From the NCBI RefSeq assembly GCF_002113885.1, contig NW_018480056.1, positions 257,369-321,368 on the forward strand: a stretch of 64,000 nt of DNA, given 5' to 3'. This document shows positions 53,301 to 62,300 of the stretch, piece by piece (position 1 is the stretch's first letter; every line of letters begins with the position of its first letter). Made by a program: the position numbers and the translations under genes. Source of the stretch: Mizuhopecten yessoensis. Its lineage: Eukaryota. The notes beneath the pieces are model-generated. The model searched no databases. It saw only the letters and a program-made list of their open reading frames with translations, and had not been told where the DNA came from.

Positions 53301-56300
53301 ACAGTTATTAACAAATGATCAGGTTTATCAGGGACATAAAAAATCAAATTAACTGAACATTTTTAATTGCTGTAATTTTCATAATGGTGCAGTTCAATTT
53401 AAAACCATGATTGTGTTATGATTGATTTTAGTACAAAGTCCTGGCCAGGTTAAGATAACAGATTTTGGTTTGGCCAAACTCCTGGATTATAACGAGGACG
53501 AGTACCACGCAGCAGGAGGAAAGGTAGACAACTCTTACTTGTATAACATTTATTTTTATTGTGAGTGACAACTTAATATTTTCTGTATTTGACCAATAAC
53601 AGACTGGTTCATTTGTGTTTTTTCAGTAACAATTTTGTGAGAGTAATATAATGGTGTTCTGAAATCTGTTGAATATACATTAAATACTTTTCAAAAAGCA
53701 AGTCAATGAGACAGTGGAATTAGTTTCTATTTCCAATAAATCTTTAAAATACACCAATTTGTATAACTGTAAATATTAAATCTGCTGGATGTAAGGTGTA
53801 TTTACAAATATAGGATAATACTTAATTGTATTTCATTTGATTAAATCAAAACAATGGTATATTTGATTATTATCAAATGCATACTTTAAGTTTGAATTTA
53901 TATACTAAATTCTGTATTGCCTTCTGCTGTAGATGCCCATCAAATGGCTGGCTCTTGAGTGCATCCAGCATAGAATATTTACTCACAAGAGTGACGTCTG
54001 GAGCTACGGTAATGATGCTGATATGGATATCTTTTTACATAATTTGATGAAAATTATCTTTTAACTTTTAATTAATAAAAGGAGAAACATTTCAAATATA
54101 GGGCAGAGATACTAGTTTTCCTTTACTTTATAAAGGACAATATACTCCATTGTTCTTATTTGTTAATAATGTTACTTAGTTTATTAGGGATTGGAGAATT
54201 TCCAAAGAAAAAAACATTATCGCAACATTTAAAAAAATGAGATTAATAAAAAGTACAGTTTGGCTTTCGAAGAATTAGTTAATTTTGTTTTCTTTGAAAA
54301 TGGACCAAAAATGCTAAAATGTGTTGTCGGGTCCTGAAAAGTATTAGCAAAGTTTACTCTTTTTAATATGGTTCCTAAAGTTTTACCTCCGATGTTGTTT
54401 ATCTCACATTGAGTAACCTTGACTTGTAGGTGTTACGGTGTGGGAACTATTTACATACGGACAGCGACCGTATGAGAATGTCCGTGCACGTGATGTACCG
54501 GATCTGCTAGAGAAGGGGGAACGACTCCCACAGCCACATATCTGTACCATTGACGTCTACATGATCATGATCAAATGTAAGCTTGTTTGTCCCTTTCTGG
54601 CTTTATTGACGTATACATGAGCATGATCAAATGTAATCTTGTTTGTCCCTTTCTGGCTTGATTGACGTCTACATGAGCATGATCAAATGTAATCTTGTTT
54701 GTCCCTTTCTGGCTTTGTTGATGTCTACATGAGCATGATCAAATGTAAGCTTGTTTGTCCCTTTCTGGCTTTATTGATGTCTACATGATCATGATCAAAT
54801 GTAAGCTTGTTGGCCCTTTCTGGCTTTATTGACGTCTACATGAGCATGATCAAATGTAAGCTTGTTTGTCCCTTTCTGGCTTTATTGACGTCTACATGAT
54901 CATGATCAAATGTAAGCTTGTTGGTCCCTTTCTGGCTTTAGTAATGTCAGGAAGAAAATGTTTGTATAGCCTTGGCAGATGTTCATGTCTGAATTCTATG
55001 TACATGTGATTGAGTCATCCAAATTAGTTGTTTTCAATTCGGAGACACACAAAAGTCGTGCTTGAGTATAAGAATAGTTTCATGCAGTCACAGGCCCTAC
55101 TATTGTGGATTATACAAATTAGATTATTTTGTAATTGGTTTTAGACTTTTCATAATAAGATGCCTTCTCTTCCTACCATATAATTTGCTTGCAATATTTT
55201 ATATCTTGTAAAATTACATATTTGGAACATGATTAAAAAAAATAACTGGACGAATAATGAGTATATGAAACTTGTCCATCTTGTCTTAATACTGAAAGTT
55301 AAAGAGAAATTTACTTACATTTTTCTTTTAATATTTATTCCAATATTTGTTCTGTTTTAAGGTTGGATGTTAGATGCAGATAGTCGTCCTTCATTTATAG
55401 AGCTGGCAGAAGAGTTCGCAAAGATGGCGCGTGACCCAGGAAGATATCTTGTTATTGTTGTAAGTGTCCTTAACAGATTTTCATTCATCTGGGGTAATTA
55501 TCGAACTGATAAATATTGGGAATTATTCAGTAAAAATTGTATTTTTGTTGAAAACGCTCTGTAAAATTCATATTAGCAATGAAATATTTGTTGATAGAAT
55601 TCTCAAAAGGTTTCTGTATTTTGATTATCAACATTTCAGCTTAATTTTTGTGTTTCCATTCCTTCCGTAAATGCTGAATAATTGTGCGAAAGAATATTTT
55701 TTGGTTGTGGTAAAGTACTAAAGCAGAAATAGAAAACTTTAAATGTCAGTAAATTATAAATATTGTTATTTCGAATTATTCCCAATATCTCAGAAAATCA
55801 TTATCAGCAACAATCATCTGCTTTTAAGAACCTTTTCTTCATTATTTGGTTGATGGATTTTTCACTTGTTTTTTTTTCCATAATAACTGCTTTTATGTTT
55901 GCTTTTAAAACTTTAATTATGCTGTGCTTTTCAAAATATAATTTCCTTTTTTTTTTTTTTTTTAATTTTGACTTTAATTTTTGCTGTCTATAGAACGTGG
56001 GGCCAGACTTTGGAGCTCATGCCTAGGCAAAACTTTCCGACACTGTAGTACAACCTTGTATATTGTATACTGTAATGTAGATAGAAAAACTGCTATGCAC
56101 CTGCCAGATTTCATACCGGATTAGTTAGCAGACACGAAATGGTTTTTGAATATCTTTATTACTGAAAAATATGATGATCATTTTTGATTTATTTTTTACT
56201 AAACTGTTTTTAATTTTAAAGTTGTAATGGGAAGTTTTTTCAAAGGTTTTGTGTAGATATCAAATTTATTATGAAATATAATCAAAGACTTTATTAATTA

Positions 56301-59300
56301 AGCAAACGAAAACTATTAATTATATATTGATATTGCTAAATATAATAGATGTTGAAAACTAAGAATGATCTGAAATGATCAGAAATTGATTTTGTTTCAT
56401 CCAGCTAGACATAATAAGTTGCATTGAATTAAAAAAAAAATGAATTCAATTTTTTTTTCTGAAAAGATTTAAGGAGAAATGGAAAAGGTGACTTTCAAAT
56501 GTAAACATCGTTTCAAATTATTCTTTTGATAGGAAGTATATTAAACATTTAACAAGTTGAAAGGTACTGAATTGATTTGCTCTACTGTAAGAATTGTTCG
56601 AGTGGTTATCAAAGGAAAGATAACTCTGGCTTGGATTTCATTCCTGTGATATGATCCATGATAGGGTGACGTATTGAAGAAAATCCCTGAAGAAACTCCC
56701 TCACCCGTCACAGACCTAGCCGAATATTTTCCCGACGGTACCCAAAATGACCCTGAGACTCAGGCAGAGGTACAAGCCCGCCACCAGGGGGCGCATGTCA
56801 TGCATGACTCCGTCTCTAGTTTGAATGTATCAGTGTTTTTATATTTATCTCCCTTTATTCACCAGTTTCAGACACACACATGGTGCTCCTTGTTTGATTG
56901 GCTCATTGTAAGGTTTGGATATGTAGCTAACTCAAAGGTTGATAAGTTTGGATATGAACCTCGTATACCGTCAAGATCAGTTTCGTGTTACTATCACTAC
57001 TGCATATGATGTTACAATCCAATCAGATTCGCATGCTTCTGTGTCATGTTTCTCAAAATCAAAAAATCAATTACGCTTGCTTGTTATTATGATAAAATAT
57101 TTGGACAAAAACCTCTTATGATGCTTTCGAAATTTAATCTATATTATAAAGATTATATGCCATAATGTAATAGAAGCGTCATAATGATTTTATGGTTCAA
57201 ATTTTTGTTACTGACTTTCTATATCCTCGTTTCAAAATAAAAGTTTCAGAAAACTCAGGTTATAATGTCATATGAAAATTTGAGAATGAAGGCCAGCCAA
57301 GAAAATCTAGGATGGAAAGAATCCCTCAAGTTAAGGTTTCAAACCTGATTATGTGTCATGCTCTGTTTAGAAGTGAATTAAGTTACAAAGCCAATCAGAC
57401 TGGGGAATGAACTACATTCCTTGCATGAAATTTGTACATACTTGTATCCATAGCAACCTCCCATATATACTATTTTTATCATTTACATTAATATCTTTTA
57501 CAATATGATTTATTCATTTCTTGCGGGAACAATTTCCATATTGTCACCATAGTAACAATAAATTGTGTTGTAGACGGCAAAATGTGATGATGTCATCAGC
57601 TTTTGTGGTTGATATGTCATCAGTTTGTGTGCATCAGTTTTTTTTGCAGCTTCATTCCTCCATATTGAATGCAGATAGTGCCTGGAAAATATTGTGTCCA
57701 GTATTTTATCTGTTATCATGATAATACCACTCCTAACCTGCCTCAAATATAGAATAACAATTGTCTTGGCAATACACTTATAAGATGTGTTTACAATGTT
57801 CTTTAATTCTGTAAGTTTTAAGTAGTGTATCGATAATGAATATAGATTTTATGACTCGCACATTTTGTAATAGATATATATACATTCTAGTTGAAGTAGC
57901 TAGCTAACACATTTTGTGCATGTTTTTTAATTGAATAATTAATACTTTAAAACACAGGTAGATTTTTTTTCTTAATTAAACTTTCTTCCCAATTTTCTTT
58001 AAATTTATCAAAAAAAAAGAAGACATGAAATTTGTAGATTTTTGAGAATATTGCATGAAGTACCAAAAAATGTATATTTTTATAAAACCCTTTCAGCTAA
58101 ATAAAGTGCATGCCTTGGTAAAATTAATTGTATTTAAAGCGTTTTCGAAGATAAATGTTAGGACATGTGGCTTTATTAAATTGCTGTTTATTAAAAAATG
58201 TTCAGTGCTTTATATACAAATTTGCATGGTTTTTATCTTTAATGTACAAAAAGGGAATGAAACTTAGGAAGCAATAACAAAATAACAGGGGATCGGGATT
58301 AAAGAATTGTGAACTGTTTGTTCTTTTAAACAAATGATTCATGATTTCAGAAGAATGTTTTTTTAGTGATTCAATTGTTTTGAAATTATCCCATTTTTAG
58401 AGATTACACATTTTTATTATGAAGCTAAGGATTTTTAACATATGAACTGCATTGTGAAATCTGACAATACTGCATCTATAACACTGAATGTACCTGTAAC
58501 ATGCAGATGACTGTTCAAATGGTAGAATGTCAGGTCTCTCTGCCATGTTCTCTACTCCAACTCCTACTTCCCATATAGACACCAATGATTATGCACCTTC
58601 TACAATGATAAGACCTAACTTCCCTGGAGAACCAGTTATTTTATTTATGAGGATATCACACATATATAAATTTGTGCACACTTGTTGGGTTAGATATATT
58701 TGGTATCTCCCTCATTAATGGTCAGTACCTGTATTTTTAGGTCACCTGAGACAAAGTCTCAAGTGACCTATTGCGATCGCCTTTTGTCCGTCGTCGTCCG
58801 TCGTCCGTCGTCCGTCCGTAAACAATTTACATTTTCGACTTCTTCTCCGAAACCCCTGAACCAATTTCAATGAAATTTTGCAGGGACCTTCCATGGACAA
58901 AGGTCAACAAAAATAGTTGCCGGTTTAGTCCTAAGCCCCCAGGGGCCTGAGGGGCGGGGCCAAAAAGGGTCAAATTGACTAAAATTTCAAAAATCTTCTN
59001 NNNNNNNNNNNNNNNNNNNNNNNNNNNNNNNNNNNNNNNNNNNNNNNNNNNNNNNNNNNNNNNNNNNNNNNNNNNNNNNNNNNNNNNNNNNNNNNNNNNN
59101 NNNNNNNNNNNNNNNNNNNNNNNNNNNNNNNNNNNNNNNNNNNNNNNNNNNNNNNNNNNNNNNNNNNNNNNNNNNNNNNNNNNNNNNNNNNNNNNNNNNN
59201 NNNNNNNNNNNNNNNNNNNNNNNNNNNNNNNNNNNNNNNNNNNNNNNNNNNNNNNNNNNNNNNNNNNNNNNNNNNNNNNNNNNNNNNNNNNNNNNNNNNN

Positions 59301-62300
59301 NNNNNNNNNNNNNNNNNNNNNNNNNNNNNNNNNNNNNNNNNNNNNNNNNNNNNNNNNNNNNNNNNNNNNNNNNNNNNNNNNNNNNNNNNNNNNNNNNNNN
59401 NNNNNNNNNNNNNNNNNNNNNNNNNNNNNNNNNNNNNNNNNNNNNNNNNNNNNNNNNNNNNNNNNNNNNNNNNNNNNNNNNNNNNNNNNNNNNNNNNNNN
59501 NNNNNNNNNNNNNNNNNNNNNNNNNNNNNNNNNNNNNNNNNNNNNNNNNNNNNNNNNNNNNNNNNNNNNNNNNNNNNNNNNNNNNNNNNNNNNNNNNNNN
59601 NNNNNNNNNNNNNNNNNNNNNNNNNNNNNNNNNNNNNNNNNNNNNNNNNNNNNNNNNNNNNNNNNNNNNNNNNNNNNNNNNNNNNNNNNNNNNNNNNNNN
59701 NNNNNNNNNNNNNNNNNNNNNNNNNNNNNNNNNNNNNNNNNNNNNNNNNNNNNNNNNNNNNNNNNNNNNNNNNNNNNNNNNNNNNNNNNNNNNNNNNNNN
59801 NNNNNNNNNNNNNNNNNNNNNNNNNNNNNNNNNNNNNNNNNNNNTTTGAAAATTTTGAGCCAGCCCTACCCCCAAGGGCTGGAGGTGCTAGTTTCAAATC
59901 CTTTTTAGTCTGAAATCTGTATGCTAGATATTGAGTAAGGTGGTTTTATTGTTTTTTGTCACTTTGAATAATATTTCTGTTCATGTTAAAAACAAAATCA
60001 ACTCTCTGTATAAATATATCAGGTGACCGTTAAGGCCCATGGGCCTCTTGTTGGTATAGTAGTATCCCTTTAATGTGTGGTAAGCTGATTGATTGATTTG
60101 GAATGCATACATTATATTTGTTAACAAAATCCCTACCTTTAACTTCTCCAATAATTTGCCTAACATTCAAGGGGGAAAAAACATCTAAACAACAGCTTAT
60201 ATCTTTTCTGAACTTTTCAAATGGGTTTTCCTAAGAAACATGTCAAATTCAGTAAGTTCTATAATTGTTAAGATGATTTGGGACTTCTAGGCAGGTTACA
60301 TAGTTATGTTATTATGACTACTTTTTGTTAAAAAAAAAAGATTTTCTTTTGAATTCATGATGTCATATTTCAAAAAAAAAAGGTTCTTTGTTTAAATGGG
60401 TTTATAAGAGATATCATACTTCGTAAATATTTTATTCTTTTCACAGTAAAGAGATTTGTTATACATATCTTGTGTTACAATTAAGCTAATAATGTTTCTC
60501 TTTTTGTTTGTTTCTACTTTAAAAACTAAATACTAGTATCATGTGTACCTCCATTGATATGTATACATATTATACTGACATTCTGTCAATATTATCTCAG
60601 GGTTCACAATAAGCTAACAGGATTCTAAGATGCACTATCAAACATCTTGATATGGAATGTAACGAGCGTCAGTTAAATTGTAAAAAGTATATCTATGAAA
60701 GTTACACCTGTACCGTATTTGCCGTAATGACTATCCTCCTCCAGCAATAGGAACTATTTCATCAGGATTGTTTCTACTTCCTGTATTGACTGTACCTGTA
60801 GGTCATTCCTCTTCAATTGAGTATAGGCACCTTAATTTAATATTACCACCAGTAATATAGGCACCTTAATTTGATATTACCCCCAGTAATATCTTCTAAG
60901 GACAAAAGATATTCTATGAATTGAAATTATGCATCAGGTGCCAAGAATGAGTTACAGTAGAATAAAAAAATTCAGAACTCATAGAAATTCTTGATTCTGT
61001 AAAGGTCTATATTAAGTGCCTGTCAGACTGTCAGTTTTATAAAGGGGGATATCTACATGTATGTACGGCAAATACGGTACCTGAAACTACAGAGCTGACA
61101 CAAGTTATATTGTACATTGTAATAATATGGTCTTACATGAAGTTAATGGTTTTCCCTTTTTTATTACATTTTAGCATGACAAATTGATGCGATTGCCAAG
61201 CCACTCTTACGACAAAAACGATCTTGCTCGTAGCCTCAGTGTGGCAGGAGATTGCCCAGAAGAAGTTGTGGAAGCAGATGACTATTTACAGCCGCAGTCT
61301 CGTAATTCAGTGCCTCCGACAACACCACTCACATCAAAGGTAAGTTTGTGGTGTTAATTTCTTTGATTTACATGATCCTTGATTGCAGAAACAAATCGGG
61401 GGGTATCATTCCTCCTTAACGATTTGATTAGAAAACACACTAAAATAGGTAATCATTTTCAGAAGAGATGTCTAGGGCAAGAACACTATTATCTTTGGGC
61501 TTAGTGACCTCTACCTTATCTAACAGTTTCTATTGGTGGAAATCATGGAATAAATTGCACTCTGTCCAAGAGACTAAATGCTAAATGTTCAGCAATTTTA
61601 GGGTTAGTGCAATGACTAATTGACCCGTTGTCAGTTTCTGTGACCAGAAATAGTACTGTTTGGGACGCTTTCATCCTAACATTTCAGTGAGTCAGCATCA
61701 GATCTGCGCTATTGTTTGGATGCAAATACAGTAACATACCCCTTCAAGCACATAAACATGCATTACACACATGAAGCAATGTCCTTAAATGACCTTAGCC
61801 GTTAACATGAAACCATCTTACACATTTATATATTTTATTGCCAAGCCGGAGTTATTTTATTGCTTTTGAAACAGGAAAACAGTCCTTCTTTGTCCCTTGT
61901 TATGAACGTTATATGTAAACACTCTATGATTGACTGTTGCGATTTTTAACAACATCGAGTGCAGTGTTATCAAGCTTGTAACAGAGACTGGCTTGTTTGC
62001 TAAATTGGATGTCACTACCATTTTGAACAAGAACCTAATTACGGTGAGGCAAATATTATTAATTTATACGTTAGATTCTATTAACTGATCAGTCTTTTAC
62101 AGTATGTATCTTCTATTTCAGACACCATTACTGCACCCTCAGGATGCTGCCACAAATTTTGATACCAAGGATCGAGACCCTCACCAGCAGCCGCGACGAG
62201 AGAAAAGATACGGACATCTCGAGTCCGCAGCTGCTGCTCGTAAAAAGCGAGAGTTATCCCCAACTAGAGGAAGGGGCAATAGCATTAATTCTCGCTACAG

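Noticed and set aside
48734-59913. Long 298-356 aa ORFs in the ORF track
   Set aside because: Consist almost entirely of X from assembly gaps
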